Virus record (IMG/VR): IMGVR_UViG_3300035034_003571
Coordinates: 67,160-131,159 of that record
Origin: a virus
DNA length: 64,000 nt
Strand: one strand, 5' to 3'
Shown here: positions 40,098 through 49,664 of the stretch, one piece after another
How the letters are laid out: every line of letters begins with the position of its first letter
Numbering within the stretch: position 1 is the first letter of the stretch
Notes under the pieces: model-generated
Seen by the model: the letters and a program-made list of their open reading frames with translations, nothing else
Told to the model about the DNA's origin: nothing
Databases searched by the model: none
Made by a program: the position numbers and the translations under genes

Positions 40098-41003
40098 TTA
40101 AGACTTTACCCTATCTATAATTACGGGTTTTAGAGATTTGTATTCATTAATGTACCTATAGCAAGAAAGTTCCTTATAGTTACTTTCTATAGCTACACAT
40201 ATATTTTTATTGAAAGTTGGGATCCTTTTATTTAAATGATTTGAAATGGTCCGAGACTCCGGAATTCCATTTTGATTGAAATTAATAGGTTCCGCATGTA
40301 TTACTAGGGGTAATCTTTTTTTGCTCCATGTTGAAATACTTAAAGCTAGAGCATCTCCGTGAGTTAGAGAACCTGGATTGAAATAATGTCCAATAGTTCT
40401 GAATACTATCGGAATCTTATAAGTTAAGCTTAATTCTGTTAATAAATCCTTAACCGAAAATAAGCTAGGTCTATCGTCATTAACAACCATAATTTTATTT
40501 CTCACTCTTTCATTCAACAAACTTTTAAAATTACTAGCAAACCTAATCATTGTTTCTTTTCTATTCCCGTAAGCACTTCCTACCCTAACTATAATTCCTC
40601 CTTCTGGGTATATCCAATCCATTATGATATCTAGATTGTCTAATCCACAGCAGGTACTAGTAACAATTTTTTCTTGCATGCTTCCAAGAAAATAATCTTT
40701 AGGAACATAAAAAAATACCCTATGATTATTAACCTTTATTTTTTCCTTAAGCGGAATTAATAAAGCTCTACATTTTATTATATCGTCTCCTACAATATGA
40801 TTATTAAAAATTTCTGATATGAATTCAAATTCAGAAATGTCCACTACTGTAGTGGAAAATCCTTTTTCTATATTAAATGATATAATATCAAGTATCCATA
40901 TAGAAAAATCCAGTTGTGGATTGTCTTTAGTTACTTCCCGCATTTCTTCCGAAACCGGTTCTCCTAAATAAGTAAGTTCGTATTCTGGGATTCCTATTTT
41001 CAC
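40098..41003 (-). CDS. Divergent UV-damage endonuclease (UvsE-like)
   Basis: VGSAYGNRKETMIRF, NDD...FSVKDL, IPIVF and STW motifs; metal ligands appear eroded. Confidence 0.6.
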   Translation of the reverse strand: MKIGIPEYELTYLGEPVSEEMREVTKDNPQLDFSIWILDIISFNIEKGFSTTVVDISEFEFISEIFNNHIVGDDIIKCRALLIPLKEKIKVNNHRVFFYVPKDYFLGSMQEKIVTSTCCGLDNLDIIMDWIYPEGGIIVRVGSAYGNRKETMIRFASNFKSLLNERVRNKIMVVNDDRPSLFSVKDLLTELSLTYKIPIVFRTIGHYFNPGSLTHGDALALSISTWSKKRLPLVIHAEPINFNQNGIPESRTISNHLNKRIPTFNKNICVAIESNYKELSCYRYINEYKSLKPVIIDRVKS

Positions 41004-41018
41004 TTTACTATTTTATTA

Positions 41019-41045
41019 TTATAGCAAATAATAGGTTATTGTTTC
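41019..41045 (-). promoter_or_regulatory. Putative ECF-type middle promoter GAAAC-N16-CTATAA
   Basis: Upstream of the UvsE-like/exonuclease pair. Confidence 0.6.
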
Positions 41046-41528
41046 TTAACCACCTACGGTTTCTATTCCTAGGTCAGAAGATGTATAAACTCCGTCTGGG
41101 TTTTCACCTTTAGGGAAATCGATTTTAAAATCACTTATAACTTGTCTGTGCCCTTTATCACCGAAATCTACATGCTCTATGGTATCTGGTTTAAGTTCCA
41201 TTACCTTTTCGCCATTTTTGAGCTTTTTGGAAGATACCTGGACATGGATTACGAATCCTTTATTATCCTCGGTTCTTTTGGCTTTAACGATCATACCAGC
41301 TACTTTTTTGTCTTTCTCGTCAACAGGAACACCTATAACTAAATCCCCCATTCCAAACTCAGATCCTGATACTTCTCTTTTAACATTGGGATCTGGACCG
41401 ACTTCTATTCCTAGATCTTTGAAAGGTCTGTAAGTAATTTTAAATATACCATTTCCTCCCCCGTCCCCGTACGAGTCACCGAATGCGCTACTGTCAAAAA
41501 ATTCGTTTATACTTTTAATATTCTTCAA
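41046..41528 (-). CDS. Hypothetical protein with an SH3/KOW-like domain
   Basis: N-terminal MKNIKSINEFF; FGMGDLVIG; GATAAATA upstream at 41551-41558. Confidence 0.5.
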   Translation of the reverse strand: MKNIKSINEFFDSSAFGDSYGDGGGNGIFKITYRPFKDLGIEVGPDPNVKREVSGSEFGMGDLVIGVPVDEKDKKVAGMIVKAKRTEDNKGFVIHVQVSSKKLKNGEKVMELKPDTIEHVDFGDKGHRQVISDFKIDFPKGENPDGVYTSSDLGIETVGG

Positions 41529-41549
41529 GTGATGTAAGTATTTTTCCTT

Positions 41550-42098
41550 CTATTTATCTAACTTTTTTAAATATTCTATACTTTTCTTGATTTCGTTTGC
41601 AGTTTCATAGTCTTCTAAACTAACTGCTTTTTTTAAATCCATTCTAAGTTTATCCAAATCATTATAAGCTTCAACAGTTTCTTCTGGTAAAGAAGGATCC
41701 ATTAACATTATCCTTTGTGGACAATATAAAACTTCCAGCCTAGATTTAGTTTCAAATTCTAATGAGTCGTTTATAGTTCTTTCGTCTTCCTCGTCTTCAT
41801 AGTCATCCTCGTCAGAATATATACTAAGATCCCATTCATCATTAGTCCAATAAATATTCCAGTGGGAATATTGCATAGAAGGGATCTCATTTCCTATCAT
41901 ATATTTTATAACACTCCGTAATTCGTGCTTTAAATCTTTAACGGTAATTTCCTCAGACGGTTCTTTTCTTTTAAGACCGGGGATTGCAAAATTAGTGAGA
42001 CCTATTCCATAATTAAAAGAATGATGTACTTTTAATAGCGCCTCCCAATCTATAGCTTTTATTACCGAATTTAATAATTTTCTATGGTTTTCTTTCAT
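41550..42098 (-). CDS. Hypothetical protein with a C-terminal UVR (UvrB/C) motif
   Basis: LKKAVSLEDYETANEIKKSI. Confidence 0.6.
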   Translation of the reverse strand: MKENHRKLLNSVIKAIDWEALLKVHHSFNYGIGLTNFAIPGLKRKEPSEEITVKDLKHELRSVIKYMIGNEIPSMQYSHWNIYWTNDEWDLSIYSDEDDYEDEEDERTINDSLEFETKSRLEVLYCPQRIMLMDPSLPEETVEAYNDLDKLRMDLKKAVSLEDYETANEIKKSIEYLKKLDK

Positions 42099-42107
42099 TT
42101 AAGTCCA

Positions 42108-42536
42108 TTATTTTCCTGATGTTTTTAATTGCGCTTTTAAAGAAGTAAGCCAATCTCTATATTTATCCGGAAAGAACTCTTTTAATTCTGACAATTCTCT
42201 GGAACTTACAGAAAATTTTTCTTTTATGAAATCCTCGACCTCACTAAAATCATCAAAAGATGGCTTAGAGGAGCTTTTAGTTTTTTTAGGTTTATTAGTT
42301 TTTGTATAAATCCATGTGGGTTGTCTGGAGTAATTTTTAGATAAAGTTCTATGCCACCAATCAACTACTGGATATGGGTTTATTTTTAATCTATTAAACT
42401 GGTCTGCTTGAATTGGAAATTGTATAGCCATTATCCTATTGATCATAAAATAATTTCTTTTCTTATCAGAATTACTTACTTTATCCCATTCAGAATCTTT
42501 TTTAAAAATAGTTTTTACTAAGTCGAATAGTTCCAT
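42108..42536 (-). CDS. Possible clamp loader small subunit (gp62-like)
   Basis: YFMINRIM motif, size and replication context. Confidence 0.4.
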   Translation of the reverse strand: MELFDLVKTIFKKDSEWDKVSNSDKKRNYFMINRIMAIQFPIQADQFNRLKINPYPVVDWWHRTLSKNYSRQPTWIYTKTNKPKKTKSSSKPSFDDFSEVEDFIKEKFSVSSRELSELKEFFPDKYRDWLTSLKAQLKTSGK

Positions 42537-42538
42537 AT

Positions 42539-43693
42539 TTAAAATAATTTAAAAGGGTCATATTGGCTAGGAGTGCTGCTAATTTCACTATTTCCCGAAG
42601 TAACCCATGAAGTTCCTTCTAATATATCGGTCCTGTCTAGTATTACATTTACTTTTGGGTTCTTCATTGCTCTTTCTATTTCATCACTAATTCCGGAAAG
42701 AACGTAGGGAGGATATGAGGATTCAGAAAGCCACATAAGATCAAAATTTCTTATTAGATTTTCCTTAGCAATTTCCCTATTGACTCCGCTATCAACCCCC
42801 TTAATTATTTTTATTGATTGTCCAGCTACCCATTCCATAAAATCCTCATTCTCCAGAAGTTCATTAAAACTTAAATCAGCCCATTTGGAATCTAAAAAAA
42901 GGTCCCATATTTTCGCTGCTTTATTTTCAGTAACTCTAGTTAATCTACTTTCGGGGGTTAATCTGAATGACCATATAGCCGGAACATCATCACCTTTATC
43001 TCCGGATAGGATTTTAGTAAAGATAAACTTTCTCCTATCTACTATATTAACTTCCGCTTTATTCAATAGATCCTTAAGCTTCTCTTTATCTTTGTCCATC
43101 GCAGAACCCATGTCAAATATAGTAATCTCTTTCTTCTTATTTAGATATTTTTCTCTCCAAAAGGGATCTATAGTGATGAGATTGTTTTTGGATTTGGAAT
43201 TCCATGCTATCGTCCATGTATCATTGTCTCTAGTCTCCGCTAGCTGATGTAAGTCACCATCACCAGACACTATTATGGTATTCTCTCCTAAGTCTTTAAA
43301 ATGTTCGACCCATCCCCAAATTAGATCGTCACCCTCGGCACCTTTAGATTTAGAAAAAATAAATCCCATTTTTTCTAAATGTTCACCGAAAGAGTGCATA
43401 AGATTGAAAAACGAACTCCAGTCAGGGCTATCCTTACCTTTCTCTTTTCTACTACTTTTATAACCTTCATAATAATCTTTCCTCCAGCTTCTATCATCAG
43501 CAGTAAATATTAGCCTTCCACCAGTAGGTAAGCTTTTTAAAGTATAACATAGATCAGTAGAAACCTTCCTAATAAACATAGCCTGATCTTCCGCGGAGGC
43601 TAATTTTTCCGCTGGGTCTATATCTCCGTAACCTGCAAAAACCCCGAAAGTTTTATGGAAAATATAGTTTCCGTCACACAGTATATTTATCAT
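42539..43693 (-). CDS. 5'-3' exonuclease / T4 RNase H (FEN family)
   Basis: DGNY, SWRKDYYEGYK, EGDDLI, SGDGDLHQL and GDKGDDVP. Confidence 0.9.
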   Translation of the reverse strand: MINILCDGNYIFHKTFGVFAGYGDIDPAEKLASAEDQAMFIRKVSTDLCYTLKSLPTGGRLIFTADDRSWRKDYYEGYKSSRKEKGKDSPDWSSFFNLMHSFGEHLEKMGFIFSKSKGAEGDDLIWGWVEHFKDLGENTIIVSGDGDLHQLAETRDNDTWTIAWNSKSKNNLITIDPFWREKYLNKKKEITIFDMGSAMDKDKEKLKDLLNKAEVNIVDRRKFIFTKILSGDKGDDVPAIWSFRLTPESRLTRVTENKAAKIWDLFLDSKWADLSFNELLENEDFMEWVAGQSIKIIKGVDSGVNREIAKENLIRNFDLMWLSESSYPPYVLSGISDEIERAMKNPKVNVILDRTDILEGTSWVTSGNSEISSTPSQYDPFKLF

Positions 43694-43740
43694 GGTAATT
43701 ATTTATTTCATTATAGATATATATACTCAAAAGGTTTCTT

Positions 43741-44583
43741 ATGAAAGATTATTACGTATATGTTTATTTAGATCCAAACGATCCTGGGGATTTTGAATAT
43801 GGTGATTTAAGATTTACTTTTAAACCTTTCTATATAGGGAAGGGGACTAAAGATAGATGCTATAGTGGGATAAGAGATAAGGGAAGATTCTATAAGGTTA
43901 GTAAAATAAAATCTATATTAAAAACCAATAAATTTCCTATTATAACTAAAATTTATGAAAATATTAGTAACCAAGAGGCTATGGAAATTGAGAAATCTTC
44001 GATAAAGTTAATAGGTAGGAATGATTTGGGCCTTGGGCCTCTCACTAATATGACAGATGGTGGAGATGGTGGACCTGGATATTTACACAAAGAAGCATGG
44101 AAAAAAATTCTTTCCAAACCAGTTATCCAATATGACAAGAAAATGAACCCGCTAAATGAATTCAATTCCATAAAAGAAGCAGCAGAAACACTTGGTATAT
44201 TTAGCCAAAATATTTCTTCAGCTTTAAATAAAAAACAAAAAACCGCTGGGGGATTTATCTGGGCGTATAAAAATCCAGAGGATTTTTTACAGGGCCATCT
44301 AAAAACAAAATCCAAAATGCCCAGCCACTCAGAGGAAACAAAAGATAAGATGAAGAAATCTGCTAAGAGAGGGGAAGATCATCCCATGAGCAATAAAACA
44401 GGGAAAGATCATCCAAGGGCTAGATCCATAAGACAAGAAACACTTACTGGAGATTTAATTAAAACCTGGGGATCTTTTCAAGACATTAAAAGGGCTCTTG
44501 GTTTTTCTCCATCTAATATATGTAGATGTTGTAAAGGAGAAGTTAAAAGAATTGGGGGTTTTAATTGGGAATATGTAAATTAA
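43741..44583 (+). mobile_element. GIY-YIG homing endonuclease with NUMOD1/NUMOD3-like DNA-binding modules
   Basis: YYVYVY...PFYIGKG..R; NMTDGGDG; HSEETKDKM; two FxSxxEAA/AGGFxW repeats; opposite strand. Confidence 0.85.
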
Positions 44584-44584
44584 A

Positions 44585-45130
44585 TCACTTTTTAAAGTGC
44601 TTTAAATAATATTGGAAAGAAGATTTTTGAAGTATCTCCATTATTTCAGGATCTCCGAAATTAGGATTCGTTATAGACATATCAAAATCTGTATATTCCA
44701 AAAAATCAGATCTGTCTGTACTTAGTCTCCTTTCAGCACTGTCCGAATCTTTTCTATTTTTCAATCTTTCTCTCCTAGTTTTTTCGTCAATATCAATATA
44801 AACTATAAAAGAATCCTTTCTGTCTTCAGGTTTTAATTTTTCTACCCCGCTAGGAGTCATAATTAATAAATCGGATTTTTGAAATTCAGAAACAGAGGTT
44901 CCGTAAAACCATCCGTTGAATTCAACATATTCATAAAAAGAATCAGGGGCTTCCAAAAAATATTGGCGGTCTACAAAATAATAGTCTATTCCGTTTTCTT
45001 CTTCTTCTCTAATAGGTCTAGAAGTATGAGAAGTACAATAAGTCAAATTCCATTTATTTTCTAGAAGCTCTCTCAGGTAATCTTTTCCCGATCCTCCTTT
45101 ACCTACTAATATTATTCTATTCTTCATCAA
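44585..45130 (-). CDS. gmk: Guanylate kinase
   Basis: GKGGSGKD, SHTSRPIREEEENGIDYYFV and FNGWFYGT. Confidence 0.85.
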   Translation of the reverse strand: MMKNRIILVGKGGSGKDYLRELLENKWNLTYCTSHTSRPIREEEENGIDYYFVDRQYFLEAPDSFYEYVEFNGWFYGTSVSEFQKSDLLIMTPSGVEKLKPEDRKDSFIVYIDIDEKTRRERLKNRKDSDSAERRLSTDRSDFLEYTDFDMSITNPNFGDPEIMEILQKSSFQYYLKHFKK

Positions 45131-45404
45131 TTTCTAAATTATTAAACCTATTCATAGCATCTTCTAATTCGATACATGTCCACGCCCACTTACCAAAATC
45201 TTCATTACCTGGGAATTTTTCCCTTTCAGGTAATGATATACCAAAAACAATTTTGGGTTTATCTATTTTTATTTTAAAAACCTCATAAGCAAAGGGGGTT
45301 TCTTCTTCTGGATTACTCTGAGAATAAATCATGGCTTTATCCCCCCTTTTATAAACCTTATACAAAAATCCGTTTTTTTGAATTTCTTCTTTTAGTAGTT
45401 CCAT
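45117..45404 (-). CDS. Hypothetical protein
   Basis: 95 aa; AYEVF...EKFPGNEDFGKWAW. Confidence 0.55.
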   Translation of the reverse strand: MELLKEEIQKNGFLYKVYKRGDKAMIYSQSNPEEETPFAYEVFKIKIDKPKIVFGISLPEREKFPGNEDFGKWAWTCIELEDAMNRFNNLEIDEE

Positions 45405-46354
45405 TATTGTTTCATTATTTTTTGAACCTGATAAAATAGGGAAAGTAAGCTAACCATAGGATCTATTACCTGTCCTCTTTGAGCTTGGTGCTCTGCAACC
45501 TTAACTATAATCCCCGGAATCTTATCAATATGTTCTGTTTTATTTCTAAGTATCCAATCTATAAATTCTCCACCCAAAGCTGTCATGACATCTTCCACTT
45601 TAGATGAATATTGGCCTACTAGAACCTGATAATTAGATACTGGATCTGGTTTATTTACCAAAAGAAGATAAAGATCCTCAAATGACCAACCGGAATTTTT
45701 AATCTTAGCTATATCAATAACTTTAGTACCGTCAATAATCCAAGATTGTATTCGGTTTAAAGCACTTCTTAAATCAGGAAAATTTATTCTAGTAAATTCA
45801 TTTAGAGATTCCTCATCTATAGCCATACCTATTTTTGAAAGTATAAGGCTGATTCTTTTCTGCCATTCCTCTTTCATATACTCTTCCTCTTTGGCATTAA
45901 CTGGGTCAAAGTTAATAATCTCAAATCGACTTTGTACAGGATCGGGTACATTATTAATCCAATTACAGGTAGCTATAAATCTAGTATTGCCCTGGAATTT
46001 TTCTATCGTACCTCTTATAGCCTTATAAAATTGGGCAGAAGCGCCATCAAACTCGTCAAGTATAACCACCTTCATGGGAGAAATCCCATCCATGATACTA
46101 ATAGATCTACAAAAGTCATTTATTTTACCCCTGATTACATCTACAGAACTTTCATCTGAAACGTTTATAAATTTACTAGGATATCCTTTAGCTAATATTT
46201 TAGCCAAAGTTGTTTTCCCGCATCCGGGAGAGCCTGCTAAGAGTATGTGTTGATTTAACTCGGTACTTTGGAAAGAACTTCTAATTCTTTCCGGGAGTAT
46301 CATTTGTTCTACTTTATTGGGTCTTAATTTTTCAGTTAGAAGTTCTTGCAGCAT
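45404..46354 (-). CDS. Clamp loader large subunit (T4 gp44/RFC-like AAA+)
   Basis: EKLRP, GSPGCGKTT, ILDEFD, FIATCN, SRF and PDLR. Confidence 0.9.
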   Translation of the reverse strand: MLQELLTEKLRPNKVEQMILPERIRSSFQSTELNQHILLAGSPGCGKTTLAKILAKGYPSKFINVSDESSVDVIRGKINDFCRSISIMDGISPMKVVILDEFDGASAQFYKAIRGTIEKFQGNTRFIATCNWINNVPDPVQSRFEIINFDPVNAKEEEYMKEEWQKRISLILSKIGMAIDEESLNEFTRINFPDLRSALNRIQSWIIDGTKVIDIAKIKNSGWSFEDLYLLLVNKPDPVSNYQVLVGQYSSKVEDVMTALGGEFIDWILRNKTEHIDKIPGIIVKVAEHQAQRGQVIDPMVSLLSLFYQVQKIMKQ

Positions 46355-46437
46355 CCTTATTTATATTTGGATACTATATGGAGAAATATACTATAAGTTT
46401 CTTTTTTCCTTACAATAAAGCTAAATTTGGAAGGTTA

Positions 46438-46956
46438 TTATAAAAAATTTAACAAAACCCTGTTCGAGGTTGAACAAAATGAGTAGCTGTCTTGAGATTT
46501 AGCTATATAATTTAAATTCTTTTTCTTTTTAACCTTAAAACCTATAGCAACCTCTTCACTAGAACAAATTTTTATATTGCTAGTTTTTGAAGGTAAAAAT
46601 CTAAATAAAGTTAATAGGGAATGCCTTCTAATTTTGTATTCTAAAATTCCGCAAATACTTCCTAATGTAGAGTTTTCATCAAAATCTGTCACTGTACATA
46701 TATCATCAGAAAAAATAGTATCGAAAACCCATCCCCCTTTAATATTAGAGTTTATTAAAGCATATTTTAGAGGGAAAGAAAATTTTGCATATTTCAAAGA
46801 ATCTAATTCAGATAACTCAGAATTAAAATATTTTAGACCTTTACCATTCCAGGTAATTATAATTCTTTCTCCTATGGGATGTTCCTCTATATAGAAAAGC
46901 TTCCAATTTTTTAATATATCTACGTTTTTATTATATCCTGGGAGATTTTTAATCAT
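46438..46956 (-). CDS. Hypothetical protein resembling a degenerate ligase adenylation domain
   Basis: FYIEEHPIGERIII resembles ExKxDGxR without the Lys; WVFD, VTD and RRHSL spaced like ligase motifs. Confidence 0.4.
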   Translation of the reverse strand: MIKNLPGYNKNVDILKNWKLFYIEEHPIGERIIITWNGKGLKYFNSELSELDSLKYAKFSFPLKYALINSNIKGGWVFDTIFSDDICTVTDFDENSTLGSICGILEYKIRRHSLLTLFRFLPSKTSNIKICSSEEVAIGFKVKKKKNLNYIAKSQDSYSFCSTSNRVLLNFL

Positions 46957-47040
46957 AGCTAATTTTGAGTTAACAAATATAGATTAAAAAATTAAAAGAG
47001 GGCAGAGGTATTTAAGACTTTTAATTAAAAATTATATATT

Positions 47041-48042
47041 CTACTTACTATCGGAGTTATACTTAAGCATCTTACATGCCTCCACCAACTCACCTAGCTC
47101 AACTGGGGTTGCTCCCATGTACCTACAAGATATATGCCCACTTATATTAGAAATTTCTAATGTATTATCTATATCTATTTTAGAAGCCATACACAAAGAT
47201 AAAGTAGCTACTAAGCTATCTCCTGCACCACTAGCATCAAAGACGTAAACCTTATACCCTTCTACTAATTTCGTTTTATCTTCTTTAACGTATAATAATC
47301 CACCACTTCCTAATGTTACTATTAGCGAATCTATTCCTGTTTTTCTTATGAAATCAAAACAAAGCCCTTCTAACTCCTCTTTCGTTAAATCAACTTCCAG
47401 AGGAAGTCTATTAATAGTTTTCATATAATTTAAATTCGTCCTCAGTATATTCACTGAAGCTAGAGAATTTAATTTATAATTGGAGTTGTGATAATTAGGG
47501 ACATCCAGGATAATCGGTACGTTAGCAGATAAAGCTTTAGAAATAACAAGATCCAAAATCTTTTCGTCTATAAACATTCTACCACTATCCTGAATTATTA
47601 CAGCTGAGTATTCCTTGATATTAGAAATTTTATCTTCTATAAAATTATAAATCTTATCCCTAGATTTTATAGGTGATGTTGGGGTATCTATTCTAGCTAC
47701 ATGTTTACCTGAACTAAAAACTCGAGTACTTAAAGAATTTTGATAATCATCCAAGGTTAATATAAGATCCTCTGGTAATGCAACTTCCTTGAATTTATTT
47801 TTTATTAGCTTTTCTAGAGCATCCTTTCCGACAATACTTAAAATATCGCAGGATCCCTCTAGACTAATTATATTATTTGCTATGTTTCCTATACCTCCTA
47901 ATTGGTATTCAGTGAACTCCCTTTTAACTATTGGAATTGGGGATTCATAAGAAATATTGGACGAAGTCCCCATGATATACTCGTCAAAAACTAAATCACC
48001 AACGAGTAATATTTTACCCGCTTTAAATTCTATTCCTTCCAT
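47041..48042 (-). CDS. PfkB sugar kinase, HldE/RfaE (heptose-7-phosphate kinase) domain-like
   Basis: ILLVGDLVFDEY, ISYESPIPIV, LGGIGNIANNI, VTLGSGG and VFDASGAGDS. Confidence 0.8.
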   Translation of the reverse strand: MEGIEFKAGKILLVGDLVFDEYIMGTSSNISYESPIPIVKREFTEYQLGGIGNIANNIISLEGSCDILSIVGKDALEKLIKNKFKEVALPEDLILTLDDYQNSLSTRVFSSGKHVARIDTPTSPIKSRDKIYNFIEDKISNIKEYSAVIIQDSGRMFIDEKILDLVISKALSANVPIILDVPNYHNSNYKLNSLASVNILRTNLNYMKTINRLPLEVDLTKEELEGLCFDFIRKTGIDSLIVTLGSGGLLYVKEDKTKLVEGYKVYVFDASGAGDSLVATLSLCMASKIDIDNTLEISNISGHISCRYMGATPVELGELVEACKMLKYNSDSK

Positions 48043-48050
48043 TTTTATTT

Positions 48051-49664
48051 TTATAAAGTAAAGTTACTTTCTCCTCCTGATTCTTCTGCTCCCTCTTCTC
48101 CTGATCCTTCAGCTTCTTTTTTCTTTTCGAAGATCTTTTTTATTTTTTCCTTATACCTAGAATTGGCTTCTATTTCGTCTGGAGTTAATCCAAGGAATCT
48201 TTGTACTAAAAAATTTGGATCGAAATAAGCCTCTTCCTCTTCCCCAACTTTTTCAGAAAGAGTAGATAGAGTAGATATGAAAGAAGCTCTTTTAGCAAGA
48301 TGTCCGAGTTTAATTTTTAAATCAAACTCGCTCTCTTTTACGAAATTTATACCTAGATTAGATTTAAAAGATTGATCCGATGCCAAATCTGGGTAATCTA
48401 AACACATCTGAATGTATAGAGGTTTTATTAAAATCTCTTGGAAATTAGATCTCAATCTATTCAGGAATTTATCAAACCTCATTTCATCCCTTTCCATCTG
48501 ATCTATATTTATTTGATGGTTAGATGGGGTTCCTCCTTTAGCAGCAAATCTAGCATAAGGAATTTTAGAATCTTGTTTTAGTTTATTGAAAAAATACGTA
48601 ACAGTTTCCATGACATTAAAATCAGGGCCGTTTGGATTCAGAGATTCTATCTGTGGACTTTCCCCATTTTTTTCAGGAAACATATAATTTTTATAAAACT
48701 GTACTTTTGGTCTTCCGTTAATTGTTAATTCTCCACTGCTATCATCTAGGTCTATTTCTTCCTTGTAATTGGACATTAATTGGCCCAGTGTTTGAAGCGC
48801 TTTTTGTTGAGATTGAGTACCAACAGGAATAATAAATTTAAGTCTATATGAAGCGTTCATTACGTTCCATATAACCCTAGTATTTTCCATTATTCTTAAT
48901 ATATTATAGGATCTAACTAATCTTTCGATATAGCTAACCCTAGATATAGCATTACCTTTTGCATAAGAAAGATATATTACCTGCTCGTCTTTAAGCTTTC
49001 TAGTTAAATTTGCATTCCCTGGGTATTGTATCCAAAACTGTTCAAATTTATCAGGTCCAACTTTTTCTACTGTAGGTTGCAAAGAAATTGCATCAAGTTC
49101 TTTAAATCCGACTATATTTTTCCCAGTGTTATCGTAAACTATTTCTAAAGCCAAAAAACCGTCTATAAGAAATTGCTTCATGTATTGCCAACCTAAATTT
49201 GAATTAGTAAAGCCAAAAAGTGAATATATTTTTCGAAAGTTTTCGAAAACCTTATCTCTAACCTTATCTTTTAAATCCAGATTTACCATTTCTGGGTAAG
49301 CAAAAAAGTTTTTGGAATCTTGGACTATAGCTTCGTCCGACATAGTATCTAATATGAATTCAATCTCACCATTTAAAGAAAATTTTCTAAGAAAATCCCT
49401 TTTTCCTCCATAATCTTTATCAAAATATGCTATATATTTTCTTACTCTAGTATCTTGTAAAGCTGAAGTCCATCTGAAAGCATCAGAAACTGTAGCTCCG
49501 ACCCCTTCTGAGTTAACAAAACCAGATTCGGTCTTCCCTATAGACTGGGAATTCCTTATTATCATATCTTGATACTTCATACCGAACCTTGAAACCTTAC
49601 TAAGGTTTCTAAATAGGGTAGTCAAAGATTGTCCGCTTCTAATATTATCTAAAAATCCTGCCAT
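48051..49664 (-). CDS. Portal protein (T4 gp20-like), copy 2
   Basis: FLIDG, SYIERLVRSYNILRIME, SKIPYARF and RDEMRFDKFLNRLR. Confidence 0.9.
   Translation of the reverse strand: MAGFLDNIRSGQSLTTLFRNLSKVSRFGMKYQDMIIRNSQSIGKTESGFVNSEGVGATVSDAFRWTSALQDTRVRKYIAYFDKDYGGKRDFLRKFSLNGEIEFILDTMSDEAIVQDSKNFFAYPEMVNLDLKDKVRDKVFENFRKIYSLFGFTNSNLGWQYMKQFLIDGFLALEIVYDNTGKNIVGFKELDAISLQPTVEKVGPDKFEQFWIQYPGNANLTRKLKDEQVIYLSYAKGNAISRVSYIERLVRSYNILRIMENTRVIWNVMNASYRLKFIIPVGTQSQQKALQTLGQLMSNYKEEIDLDDSSGELTINGRPKVQFYKNYMFPEKNGESPQIESLNPNGPDFNVMETVTYFFNKLKQDSKIPYARFAAKGGTPSNHQINIDQMERDEMRFDKFLNRLRSNFQEILIKPLYIQMCLDYPDLASDQSFKSNLGINFVKESEFDLKIKLGHLAKRASFISTLSTLSEKVGEEEEAYFDPNFLVQRFLGLTPDEIEANSRYKEKIKKIFEKKKEAEGSGEEGAEESGGESNFTL

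Noticed and set aside
43741-44583. Group I intron or intein hosting the endonucleases
   Set aside because: Both nuclease genes sit between intact genes on the opposite strand with very short flanks, leaving no room for a ribozyme core.
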